Below, in pieces: positions 1 through 9,462 of a DNA stretch of 58,928 nt; the first letter of the stretch is position 1; each line of letters begins with the position of its first letter. The position numbers and the translations under genes are program-made. Origin of the DNA: a virus (Duplodnaviria; Caudoviricetes); the IMG/VR virus record IMGVR_UViG_3300036945_000677, positions 1-58,928 of that record; one strand, given 5' to 3'. The notes beneath the pieces were generated by a model. It made no database searches. It was not told the DNA's origin and saw only the letters and a list, made by a program, of their open reading frames with translations.

Positions 1-2635
1 CTACTTTAGCATGTTCTGCATCATTCATCTTGTCAATGTATGTAACAGCAGATTGTTCAAGAAGTCTTGCAGTTTGCGTATTGATTTCAGAGACTCCGGT
101 AGGTTCTTCGCTAATGGTGTTTCCATTATCGTCCTGGAGAGTAATATACACCATGCCGTTGCTTTTTGAAAAACCTCCATTGACACCACGCACTTTCATA
201 TATTCTGGGAACTGTACAAAGTTACTACCTCTGTTTAACGAAAGCAACGTAGAAGAGAAAGGACTTTCTTCAGCTGCATTTTGTGCTTTACCAACCATGT
301 AGCTGCCAATGTCTGCGTTTTGTACAATACTACCGTTAGCAGTTTTCATCAATCCACGGTTCATACCCAGTTCATTTGCTTTTTCAGCAGGAACCATAAA
401 GGTAATAGAGTTGCTTCCTTCCGCAGCTTTTGCTACACTACTTGGTATTCCCATACCTGCAAGAGCAATTCTGTTTTTCTCTCCTTTGCGTAACAATGGA
501 ATGGTTACACGAACCATTGCTTTTCCACCGTATCTGTCTCCAGGAACAAGGGTAATGTTTGCATCAAGAGACTCTCGCATGTTTTCGGTTCCCATGTTAC
601 CCATTGCCATTTTAAGTTTTTGTACATCTTCTGCGTCAAACGGAACAAATTTTCCTTGGTCATCATAATACCCCGCAGACGTTGCTTGTGTCACCGTGCG
701 CGTAATATGACTCATGTCACTCTTTTTACCATCAACACTATATGTCAATGATGGAAGGGTTTGTCCTACGGTATTCTCGTATGCTTGTCTGTTAGGAACT
801 GTACCAGCCAACACAGGATCAGCTGCATGATTACCTACACGAACGTACTTACCATTTTCCAGTTTAAATTTATCAGGATAATTCTTTGCATATTCACGCA
901 TTACCGCTTGCTCATCTGTTGCAAGCTTGTTTGCCTGGTCAAATAAGAACATACCTTGCGAAAGTTTATTCATAGCACTCTTACGCAATGGATGATTTTT
1001 ATGATCTTGTACACCTTCACGTATAATGTTGTGTACTTGTGCAAAACTTTTGAAATCCTGACCGGTAGTATTTTTTGTAAACTCGTTTAATACTTTACTT
1101 TGTTGTGGAGTAAGTGCAATGCCACGGTAGTAATTAAGTGTTCCTGAACGAATAGCATCTTCCAGGACAGCAAGACTACCTCCCGGTATCTTTCCACCAC
1201 CTTTTTCATTTAAGTTTAATGCTACAGACAATACATCACGATCAGTTTCGTAATTAGCTGCCTGTGCTACTTTAGTGGTAATATCTTTTTCAAATGCTTC
1301 TACAGGAGTAATGTTTTCTGTTTGATAACCCGCAACTCCTTGGGTAATTATACCATCAGCTTCAAGTTGTTTTTTATATTTTTCTTCTTCCTTACGATAA
1401 TAATGTTCCAGTCCTTTCATGCGCACATCGTGGTTAAATCCACGTTGTTGACGCATGTTTTGTTGTGCCTGGTCGTACTGGTTTACTTTCCATGTGTCGA
1501 CCCTTAACTCTTCTTCACTGTGAACATCTGCATACGTACTTGCCCAGTTACGAGAATCTTTACTACGTAAAACCTGTGCCTGGTAACCAGTAGGATTTGC
1601 AACAAAGTTCTGAACAATTTTGTCAGCACCATTTGCTACACTTTCCGGTTTTTTCATTGCGTCGTCTAACTTAGCTTTAGTCTCCTTGTATCGAGTACCA
1701 ACTTCTTGTAGTTGTAACGCTACTTCAGGTGGAACAGAATTTCCGTATTCATGTATTGCCGCAGCTTTCATTTTCTCCATCTGCACTATATTATAGCGCA
1801 AAGAGTTTACATACGCACTGTGACTGGTGTAGATTTCTGGTAAACTTGCTTGAGCTATTTGCGCTAAAGCTTGTTCGCGTGTCACTCCAGGAGCAGAAGA
1901 CATGATTTGATCCACACCTCTGTCCACTGTCACACTTGCTGCACGGTTATAATACTCAGCATACTGACCACTACCCAACAGACGATCTGCCCATTCAGTA
2001 AAATCCTGTTTTGCATCTGGACCATTAGTTTGTTTTAAAATGTACATTCCTGTACTTTTATCTCTGACAATCTTTAAATCTTGTGCTTTAGCCTGCGCAT
2101 CTAAATATGTTTGTGGATCTTCAACTGCCAGGTAATTACGTACACTGTGACTAGGTATCTCATCAAACTTTGCTTTCTTTAGACCTTGCATACCACGCAT
2201 GACGTATTCTTCCATCAAAGGATTATACAGTTTACGGGTCTTTTCGTCTGTGCTGTTTTTGTATTGGTTAATAGTTGAAGCGGTTTGCTGGTACTGACGG
2301 GTGAATCCCATGTCTGCAACAAAGCTTCTGTTTTCAACCAACGGATCAAAACTGCTCATTGCACTGGATACATTGCTTTGAATTGCTAAGTCAACGTGTG
2401 AATATTGTTTTAAATTTTCATTGTTCTTTTTAAACCAGTTCTGACGCATAGCTTCTACCTCCGGGTTTGTTACCGGAGAGTTGAGCAATGATCCATACAT
2501 AGTTTTAAGTTTATTAAAACCAACGTCGTAACGCTGTGTTAACGCTCCGAGAGCTTGACTCATCAACTGGTAGTTGGGAGCAGCATTCTCTGCTTGAGGA
2601 AATATATCAGTTGAATTAGGTAAGTAGGTTGCCAT
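1..2635 (-). CDS. Large virion cargo/ejection-type protein, partial (runs off the left edge; missed by the ORF track)
   Basis: ATG at 2635 gives MATYLPNSTDIFPQAENAAPNYQLMSQALGALTQRYDVGFNKLK...; the same frame is open at the window edge (...EQSAVTYIDKMNDAEHAKV). The interior was only spot-checked. It follows the cargo genes as in crAss-like synteny. Confidence 0.8.
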   Translation of the reverse strand, partial: MATYLPNSTDIFPQAENAAPNYQLMSQALGALTQRYDVGFNKLKTMYGSLLNSPVTNPEVEAMRQNWFKKNNENLKQYSHVDLAIQSNVSSAMSSFDPLVENRSFVADMGFTRQYQQTASTINQYKNSTDEKTRKLYNPLMEEYVMRGMQGLKKAKFDEIPSHSVRNYLAVEDPQTYLDAQAKAQDLKIVRDKSTGMYILKQTNGPDAKQDFTEWADRLLGSGQYAEYYNRAASVTVDRGVDQIMSSAPGVTREQALAQIAQASLPEIYTSHSAYVNSLRYNIVQMEKMKAAAIHEYGNSVPPEVALQLQEVGTRYKETKAKLDDAMKKPESVANGADKIVQNFVANPTGYQAQVLRSKDSRNWASTYADVHSEEELRVDTWKVNQYDQAQQNMRQQRGFNHDVRMKGLEHYYRKEEEKYKKQLEADGIITQGVAGYQTENITPVEAFEKDITTKVAQAANYETDRDVLSVALNLNEKGGGKIPGGSLAVLEDAIRSGTLNYYRGIALTPQQSKVLNEFTKNTTGQDFKSFAQVHNIIREGVQDHKNHPLRKSAMNKLSQGMFLFDQANKLATDEQAVMREYAKNYPDKFKLENGKYVRVGNHAADPVLAGTVPNRQAYENTVGQTLPSLTYSVDGKKSDMSHITRTVTQATSAGYYDDQGKFVPFDAEDVQKLKMAMGNMGTENMRESLDANITLVPGDRYGGKAMVRVTIPLLRKGEKNRIALAGMGIPSSVAKAAEGSNSITFMVPAEKANELGMNRGLMKTANGSIVQNADIGSYMVGKAQNAAEESPFSSTLLSLNRGSNFVQFPEYMKVRGVNGGFSKSNGMVYITLQDDNGNTISEEPTGVSEINTQTARLLEQSAVTYIDKMNDAEHAKV

Positions 2636-2640
2636 GGGTA

Positions 2641-2654
2641 CACTTATAATTTAC
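2641..2654 (-). promoter_or_regulatory. Candidate late promoter motif copy (GTAAATTATAAGTG)
   Basis: Variant of the GTARATT-N1-2-TAATAG motif found upstream of six minus-strand genes. Confidence 0.45.
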
Positions 2655-2698
2655 AAAAAAAACTTCAAAGATTTATAACTCTTAAAAGTTTAAACTTA

Positions 2699-5600
2699 TT
2701 AGAACGGATTATATCCTCCTGTCATACCAGAAAGTGCCATTCCAGGATTTGCACGAAGTGCTGCTCTGTGATCAATGTTTGCATTCTGTTGTTGTGATGC
2801 CATGTGTTTTTCTGCAAACTTAATTGCTGCATCATCCAACTTGTCAGGAGCTACACTTCCTTCAAGTTGTTTCTTGTAGTAGTTTACTAACTCTCCCATG
2901 TTCTGGGATGATGCACCTGTAGTAGCGTAACCAACACTAGGATTTGTAAAGTCCATTCCCTCATTAAATCTGTATGCACCACTATTAGGATCAACGTCAT
3001 ACTGAGGATAAATTGCACGGAACATGTTACGGTTTTGAATTCCCTGAACACCTCTGTTAAATGCATTTGCCATTTGCATCTCTTTTTGGTTCTCAAAGTT
3101 TTGCAGATTTTGTCCATAAACGTTTGTCTCATCAAAGAACTGCTTACGAAGTTGAGTGTTTGATGCGTTCTCCTGGTTTTGAATTCCTGCATTGAATTTT
3201 GCAAAATCGTTTGTAGTATTGACGTTTCTGTTTTGTATGTTAGCAATCTCATTAAGACCTTGTTGATTGCTTTGACCAACTATAGCTGCAATGTTTGCAC
3301 GTGCTGCTGTAGGATCTGCACTCTGGTTGATCTGAGAAGCTGCCATAGAAGCGTTGCTTTGAATCGCTGCGTTCTTTGCAGAGTATTCCTCCAATTGAGG
3401 ATTAGCACCCATTAAATTAGTTTGGAACATTGCTGGATTACCATAATATGGGTCCATTCCTGCAACTGCTGCCATAGAAACTTTATCTTGTAACCACATG
3501 TCTTGCGGAGCAGCAGGTTTCTGTCCAGGAATAGCTTTAACAGACGCACATTCGGTATGACATTTTGCTTGACTCTCATAGTCACCTGCTGCCGGTTCTC
3601 CGGTAATTTGAACTGGTTGACAATCAGGACAACGGTAAACTGTTTTAGGACTTGCTACTACTGGTGCCGGTGGTTGTTCATCTATATCATACGTTGGACG
3701 AGACCATGTATATTCACCAAATTGCTTGTCAAATTTATTTGGACCTTTGGAACCTTCAATAAATCCGTGTTTTTTAATTTCAGCTTGAATTTTATCTTCA
3801 GACCATTTCAATTTATTACCTACTTCACGAATGTGATTATTATAGTAGTTTTGAAACCTGCCATCTTCTTTGTTTTTTGCAGGATTAAAATCCGGATTTT
3901 GCTTAATAAATCCTGAAAAACGACTTTCAAAATCTGCTTTATAGTCTCCACCCCAATAGTCATTTTTACCAAAAGTTCCTGAGTTACCTCGCTGTCCTTG
4001 ACGTCCAGGAATCATTACATTTGCATAACTGTTTTCAAACTGCTTAGGAAGAACGACTTTGATTCCTTGCTTTTTGTATTCATCAATTGCAGCAGGATCG
4101 TATGCAGCACTGTCAGCTGTAATCTTTTTTTCAGATAACACTGTTCCATCTTTGTCTACAACTTTAATAACATTTCCCTGGGTAACACGTTTAACCTTAC
4201 CTTTTCCTTTTAACTCATACTCTTCAACAAATTCTTTTTCACCATCGTTTGCTGGAACAGTTCCAGCAGTTTGCATAACTGGTACCATCCTGCGTTGTAC
4301 AGGATCGTATCTGTATTGAGGTTCAGCAATTGAACCACCGTCAGCATAAATGTTACCACCCATAGCATGGTCTTGCAACTCTTGCCATTTGTCATTAATC
4401 ATGTCATCGACATTATCGTAAACTTTTACTTTAGAAGGTATCTTTTTAGGTAATGTTTTAGGAGTACCACCTGGATTATTTCCAGAAGTTTTTTTACTAT
4501 TAAATTGAGCATTAAATTCATTTGCTTCCATATAACCTGGAGGAGCAGAAACCTTTGCAGACCATTGAATTGCTTTTCCTTCAGGAGAATAGATAGTACG
4601 AACGTTTACAGGTTTAGGTGATTGAGATTTTGTTTTAGATAGATCGCTTGTATCTAATCCCTCAGAAGTTTCACCTTGTGTTTGTGCTGCACCTTTTATA
4701 GATTGTATTTCTCCTAATCCCTTTTTTACATCTTCGATAACAGCTTTAACAGAAAGCGTTGTAAGTTTTCCTTTTTCATCCATTACTTGCATAAAGTTAT
4801 ACAATGGATTAGGATGTGGTAAATATTGCGGATTAACCACTTTGAACGTTCCGCTTCTTGTAGTAATCTGATCACCTACATTAAAGTTTTGATTGTCAGC
4901 TTGAATTCCAGGAATAGTTCCTCCAGGAGTAGTGGAGAACTCAAACTTTTTCATTCCGTCACCTGTCCACCAACTTGAAGCTTTTGAACCATCAGTAATG
5001 ATTTTCTTATTTGACCGTAGATCTTTAAACTGGTCAAAGTTTAAGTAGTATTCTTCTCCGTTATTTCCTTTAAAATACGCTCCACCCGGATCTGCCATAA
5101 AGTTTGGTGTCAAGTAATCAGTCCAACTGTCGTCTTCATAACGTGCTAATTTGATAGGTTGACCGTTAATGTAATACACAGATCCAACTTTTGGAGGGAC
5201 TGTACCTGCGTTTTGCATTTTAATCATTCCACCATACGCCATTTCAAGTTCATCCATTTCAGGTTGACCTTGTTGCTGCATCATCATTTGTTGCATCATA
5301 GCTGGATCTTCCATCATTGGAGGTTGTGCTGTTTGCGACATTTGCTGTCCACCGTCAGGTAACATTTGCTGTGACACTGCTGGCGGTTGCTTTCCTTTCA
5401 TTCCCTCCTGGTATGCAGCAAGTTCTGATAACTTTTGCATGTTGTTGTTTAACATCATCTCAGCAGTACGACGGGTCAAAGGATCACTTTTAGGATCATT
5501 TACCTTCTTCATGAAATCGTTCAACTGATATTGTTTTGCAATGGCAGCAGGCGTATAACCCCCGGTTTTACCACCCATACCAAAATGCTTAAGAACCGCA

Positions 5601-5914
5601 GGGTCCTTAATCTTCATTTTGTTGGTATCAGAGAATACGAAAGATCCTGGAGGAATCTGTAAAGGCACACCCCCTTGTGTATGTCTCTTACCGGTAATGG
5701 TCATGTGCTCGATGTTACCATCGTTATTGATATCGCCAAGGACAGTTTCACCACCTTCAGCTTCAATGTTTGCCATGTGACGAGGTACTGCACCAATTGT
5801 ATTTCTGGTAGCATCCGGGTCAGCAGTGTTAGTTGGAGACCATGGTCTGTGTGTAGTCAACGAGTAATCACGTTGATCACCGGTTTTAGGGGATTTTTTG
5901 ATACGGACTTTCAT
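2699..5914 (-). CDS. Virion cargo protein (crAss cargo-1-like), 1071 aa
   Basis: N-terminal NIEAEGGETV...GKRHTQGGVP...FVFSD motif, Q/N-rich helical C-terminus, position downstream of the muzzle gene. Confidence 0.65.
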   Translation of the reverse strand: MKVRIKKSPKTGDQRDYSLTTHRPWSPTNTADPDATRNTIGAVPRHMANIEAEGGETVLGDINNDGNIEHMTITGKRHTQGGVPLQIPPGSFVFSDTNKMKIKDPAVLKHFGMGGKTGGYTPAAIAKQYQLNDFMKKVNDPKSDPLTRRTAEMMLNNNMQKLSELAAYQEGMKGKQPPAVSQQMLPDGGQQMSQTAQPPMMEDPAMMQQMMMQQQGQPEMDELEMAYGGMIKMQNAGTVPPKVGSVYYINGQPIKLARYEDDSWTDYLTPNFMADPGGAYFKGNNGEEYYLNFDQFKDLRSNKKIITDGSKASSWWTGDGMKKFEFSTTPGGTIPGIQADNQNFNVGDQITTRSGTFKVVNPQYLPHPNPLYNFMQVMDEKGKLTTLSVKAVIEDVKKGLGEIQSIKGAAQTQGETSEGLDTSDLSKTKSQSPKPVNVRTIYSPEGKAIQWSAKVSAPPGYMEANEFNAQFNSKKTSGNNPGGTPKTLPKKIPSKVKVYDNVDDMINDKWQELQDHAMGGNIYADGGSIAEPQYRYDPVQRRMVPVMQTAGTVPANDGEKEFVEEYELKGKGKVKRVTQGNVIKVVDKDGTVLSEKKITADSAAYDPAAIDEYKKQGIKVVLPKQFENSYANVMIPGRQGQRGNSGTFGKNDYWGGDYKADFESRFSGFIKQNPDFNPAKNKEDGRFQNYYNNHIREVGNKLKWSEDKIQAEIKKHGFIEGSKGPNKFDKQFGEYTWSRPTYDIDEQPPAPVVASPKTVYRCPDCQPVQITGEPAAGDYESQAKCHTECASVKAIPGQKPAAPQDMWLQDKVSMAAVAGMDPYYGNPAMFQTNLMGANPQLEEYSAKNAAIQSNASMAASQINQSADPTAARANIAAIVGQSNQQGLNEIANIQNRNVNTTNDFAKFNAGIQNQENASNTQLRKQFFDETNVYGQNLQNFENQKEMQMANAFNRGVQGIQNRNMFRAIYPQYDVDPNSGAYRFNEGMDFTNPSVGYATTGASSQNMGELVNYYKKQLEGSVAPDKLDDAAIKFAEKHMASQQQNANIDHRAALRANPGMALSGMTGGYNPF

Positions 5915-5953
5915 AGTAAACTTGAAAAGTTTAAATTTTGTTGTACAGGGGTA

Positions 5954-5967
5954 CTATTAGAATTTAC
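5954..5967 (-). promoter_or_regulatory. Candidate late promoter motif copy (GTAAATTCTAATAG)
   Basis: Intergenic match to the shared motif, about 40 nt upstream of the 5914 start. Confidence 0.5.
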
Positions 5968-5996
5968 GCATAAATTGTGAAGAATCAATGTCTTAT

Positions 5997-7304
5997 TTAT
6001 ACAAACTCGATTTCTCCACCGTCTGCAAGGAATTGATGTATTTGTTCAGGAGTCCAGTCGTACTCACCGCCTTCTTCATATTGAGATGCCATTTGCTGTC
6101 CGGCATACTGCACAGGGGTGTACAAGTTTGGTGCTTGTGTTTGACCAGGACCGGTGTTAAGCGTGTCATAACCCATTGGCATCCAGTTGCTGTCATCAGG
6201 TTGGTAAGCAAAATCACTCATACCTTGCTGCACTTGCGCCATACGGTTTTGTTTCTTAGCTTGTCCCATTCCGACTACCTCGTTGAACATGCTTAAACCA
6301 GCGTTTGCTCCAAGGGTGCGTTGTAATCCCAAAGGATCTACATTTAATTGATTTTTACCAATGCTGATTTTTGTAGGGTCCACATTAGGATTCAATGAAT
6401 AATTAAATCCGTCAGCTGCTTTGTAAAGCTGTCCACCGTATGCTGCGGTGTTGTTTAAATCAACTGCTGGATTAGGGATGGCATTGATTGGTGAAGTAGA
6501 CATTGGAGGATTAACTTGCTGTTGTTGTTTGCGTTGTGCTTCCTGGATAGGAGACTCTTGCATCATTTCAGGTTTTTGATATTGAGCTGTTGTTTTGTCA
6601 GCTCCCGGTACATCTTCTTTACGTCCTTTAAAACCTCTCCATGCATTGTCTAATCCAGTCATCATACCACCAATACCGCTCATCATACCAAGTCCTGCTT
6701 TTAAGTAACCACTTAGACCGTCATTATCTAACATTCCTGTTCCCATAAACGGCATCAAAGCTGCATCGCTTGCAAAGCTGTATGCTTTGTTGTTTAACAA
6801 TTGATGATTAGCAAGTGGACGAGCATAGATAGTTTGTTGAGCAGAAAGATTTTTTCCGTTAGGATCTCTTAATTGACTGGTTCCTACAGCAGGAGTTGTT
6901 GCTGGTTTAGCACCTGTGTAAGGAGCAACTTTAATCTCAGGTAACGGTGTACCAGAAGTTGGAGCAGCACCAGTAAAATTTGTAACACCAGCATTGTCTG
7001 CATTTTTAAAAGTTTGTGGTTGTTGTGGTATTGCCGGTGTTTTACCAGACCATGGATTTCCACCTTCATATTGACCAGCCCACTGAAACTCAGGTAACAT
7101 ATCAGGATACATTCCACCATTTTCCATAATGTTGGTCTGGATAAACCGGGGTTGGTTGTAGAACGCATTTAAGTCCACAGCACCACCTTGTTTCATTTCC
7201 ATCGCTTCAGGATGTGCTGTGAAAAAAGCTTCCTCTGTAGGATACTTTTTATAAAATTCGCTTTCGGATGTTACACCCGCTATTTGTAAAAATTTATCTT
7301 TCAT
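5997..7304 (-). CDS. Putative virion cargo protein, low complexity, with repeated xxxGG motifs
   Basis: 435-aa ORF with MKQGG, MENGG, AAYGG, YEEGG and LADGG, plus a Gly-rich hydrophobic helix (GLGMMSGIGGMMTG). Confidence 0.6.
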   Translation of the reverse strand: MKDKFLQIAGVTSESEFYKKYPTEEAFFTAHPEAMEMKQGGAVDLNAFYNQPRFIQTNIMENGGMYPDMLPEFQWAGQYEGGNPWSGKTPAIPQQPQTFKNADNAGVTNFTGAAPTSGTPLPEIKVAPYTGAKPATTPAVGTSQLRDPNGKNLSAQQTIYARPLANHQLLNNKAYSFASDAALMPFMGTGMLDNDGLSGYLKAGLGMMSGIGGMMTGLDNAWRGFKGRKEDVPGADKTTAQYQKPEMMQESPIQEAQRKQQQQVNPPMSTSPINAIPNPAVDLNNTAAYGGQLYKAADGFNYSLNPNVDPTKISIGKNQLNVDPLGLQRTLGANAGLSMFNEVVGMGQAKKQNRMAQVQQGMSDFAYQPDDSNWMPMGYDTLNTGPGQTQAPNLYTPVQYAGQQMASQYEEGGEYDWTPEQIHQFLADGGEIEFV

Positions 7305-7305
7305 G

Positions 7306-9462
7306 TTAATTGTATTTGTTTAACCATCCGGGAGTTCTACCTGATTTCTGTTCTGGTAATTGAGAAGCACCTAATCCTAATCCTACGCCTATAGGAGCAA
7401 CTGCGGGTAATTTGTTAAGAACATTTGAAAGCTGTGAAAAATTACTTTTACTAGGTTTCATAAAATCTAGAATACGAGTGCTACTTAAAAAGCTTCCAAA
7501 ATCTTCAGGAAAGTATGTACCCATTGGATTTGCTTTAAAATGCTTGTGCGCTTTCTTTAGAATATCAGGGGTGATTTCATCATAAGTATCTTTTATAAAC
7601 CCTTTTTGAAGTAATGATTCTCTCAACTCATTCGCAAAAGCTGAAGGTTCCAATCCCCCAGAACCTTCTCTGAAATATTCATAACTGTCTGCTTCTATAG
7701 AATTTAGATTGGATTTAGGAGTAATTGTGTATCTCAATTCACTATCTATAGGTAGTACTCTTCCTCGTTGAATACCATGTCCAATTTCATGCATGTGTAT
7801 TGGGGTAGAACCTGCTAAGTTATATCCAATACCTACAGTCCCCGGTTCAGGGTTTGCATAATTGATAGGCATTTTTTTAGATAAATTAATACTACCAGGT
7901 GTCTTATTTATTACATTTGACAATTTATCAACTATTGGTCTATCATAATAAGCATTTGAGTACAAATAATCATTAAAAATAGGTTCTGGAATAAGAAAAC
8001 TCTTACTGTCATAATCCTTTATTTGCAAATTCACATTGTCAATTGTTTTTAATTCTTGAATTCTTGCTTTTGCTTGCAACCTTCCCAATCGTTCTGCCAC
8101 AAGAGGGTCTTCTCCAGAATTAATTAATGTTTGCTTTTCTTGTTTAACTAATCGTTCAAAACCAGTTGGTGATTCTAAATCAGCAATTCGACGCTCAATT
8201 GAGTTTTGTAACGCTTGCCCTTCTTCCTTTAAACCACTTAAAAACTTTACAGTATCATTTATCCTTTTGTCACGAGGAATATTTTCGTCTAACATGTTTT
8301 TAGATTGCATTCCTGGACTAATAACAACATCATCCATTGATGAGGGTAAGCGTCTTTGCAATGCAGCAAATGCTACTTTAGGATTTTTAAGTGCTTCACG
8401 TACCGCTTTTTTTGCCACTTTATTTAAACCAGCTGCTGCTTTTACAGGGATTTTGGTTAATCCTGCTCCAAAAATATTTGAAGGATCTAATACAGAATCA
8501 ATTAAAAATGCACCGACAGGATTTTCAATATTTAATGCTTCGGAAGGAGTCTGAACTTTACCAGTTGCTGCATATACTCCAGTGTATTGTGGTGCGTTTA
8601 ATAACTCCAAAGCAAGATTCATAAATGGATTACTTTGTTTATACCAATCAGCTCCACCTGTAGCATCACTTATTCTTTGAGCATATTGACTACCAAAATC
8701 ATGTAATTTTTTATCAATAGGTCTCCATGCCATTCTAGGATATCTTTCATACCATGGATCTTTTTTAGTTTGAATCTCAATAGGATTCATTCTTTCAGGA
8801 TTCTGTTCTGTAGATACTTCTCCTGCATTTTGATATTGTTGCAACCAACCACCTTCTTGCATCTTAGCTTTGATCTTACGTTCCTGGTCAAGCATTTCTT
8901 TAGTAGGTTGTTTACCGCTACCTTTGTTTGCACGAATGTTATCCCAGAGTCCACGTTGAGAATATGACCCATCAGCACGACGGATCATTTCACCACCGTT
9001 TTGCATCATCATTACATCAAATTCATCAATCTCTCCACCTTCTTCCCAAGTCTTTCTTGCAAATGCACGGAAATACGGATTGTTCTCTAAGTTCTTTTTA
9101 TGACGTGCATAAAACGCTGCTTTTCTTTCAGGATCTTTTGGATGCTGACCTAACTCAGAATCACCAAAGTATTTTACCGTTCCATCGGGACCAGTAACCT
9201 TATGAGTTTTTCCTTTACGGTCGTTACTCTTGGTAACAACGTATCCACCTTGTTTCATCATAGGTGTTTCATACACCATGTCTCCTGGAAAAGAGTACTC
9301 ACCTCCCGGCATCATCATCATGGAGTGTCCAGTGTTATCCATACCCATTACCGGATATGGTACACCTTTCATAGTGATCTGTCCAGAAGGAACAATGGTA
9401 TCCATCCCCGGATAATCCCATTGTCCTCTGTTAGTAACAGGTACGTTTTTTAATTTTTTCAT
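7306..9462 (-). CDS. Modular putative cargo protein with a C-terminal zincin-like (HExxH) domain
   Basis: 718 aa; HMHEIGHGIQ motif with a downstream EPSAFANELR; short N-terminal modules separated by MxxGG. Confidence 0.6.
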   Translation of the reverse strand: MKKLKNVPVTNRGQWDYPGMDTIVPSGQITMKGVPYPVMGMDNTGHSMMMMPGGEYSFPGDMVYETPMMKQGGYVVTKSNDRKGKTHKVTGPDGTVKYFGDSELGQHPKDPERKAAFYARHKKNLENNPYFRAFARKTWEEGGEIDEFDVMMMQNGGEMIRRADGSYSQRGLWDNIRANKGSGKQPTKEMLDQERKIKAKMQEGGWLQQYQNAGEVSTEQNPERMNPIEIQTKKDPWYERYPRMAWRPIDKKLHDFGSQYAQRISDATGGADWYKQSNPFMNLALELLNAPQYTGVYAATGKVQTPSEALNIENPVGAFLIDSVLDPSNIFGAGLTKIPVKAAAGLNKVAKKAVREALKNPKVAFAALQRRLPSSMDDVVISPGMQSKNMLDENIPRDKRINDTVKFLSGLKEEGQALQNSIERRIADLESPTGFERLVKQEKQTLINSGEDPLVAERLGRLQAKARIQELKTIDNVNLQIKDYDSKSFLIPEPIFNDYLYSNAYYDRPIVDKLSNVINKTPGSINLSKKMPINYANPEPGTVGIGYNLAGSTPIHMHEIGHGIQRGRVLPIDSELRYTITPKSNLNSIEADSYEYFREGSGGLEPSAFANELRESLLQKGFIKDTYDEITPDILKKAHKHFKANPMGTYFPEDFGSFLSSTRILDFMKPSKSNFSQLSNVLNKLPAVAPIGVGLGLGASQLPEQKSGRTPGWLNKYN

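Noticed and set aside
30-1507. Short plus-strand ORFs in the ORF track
   Set aside because: They are antisense shadows of the long minus-strand gene starting at 2635. The same applies to most plus-strand ORFs up to 39.7 kb and minus-strand ORFs after it.
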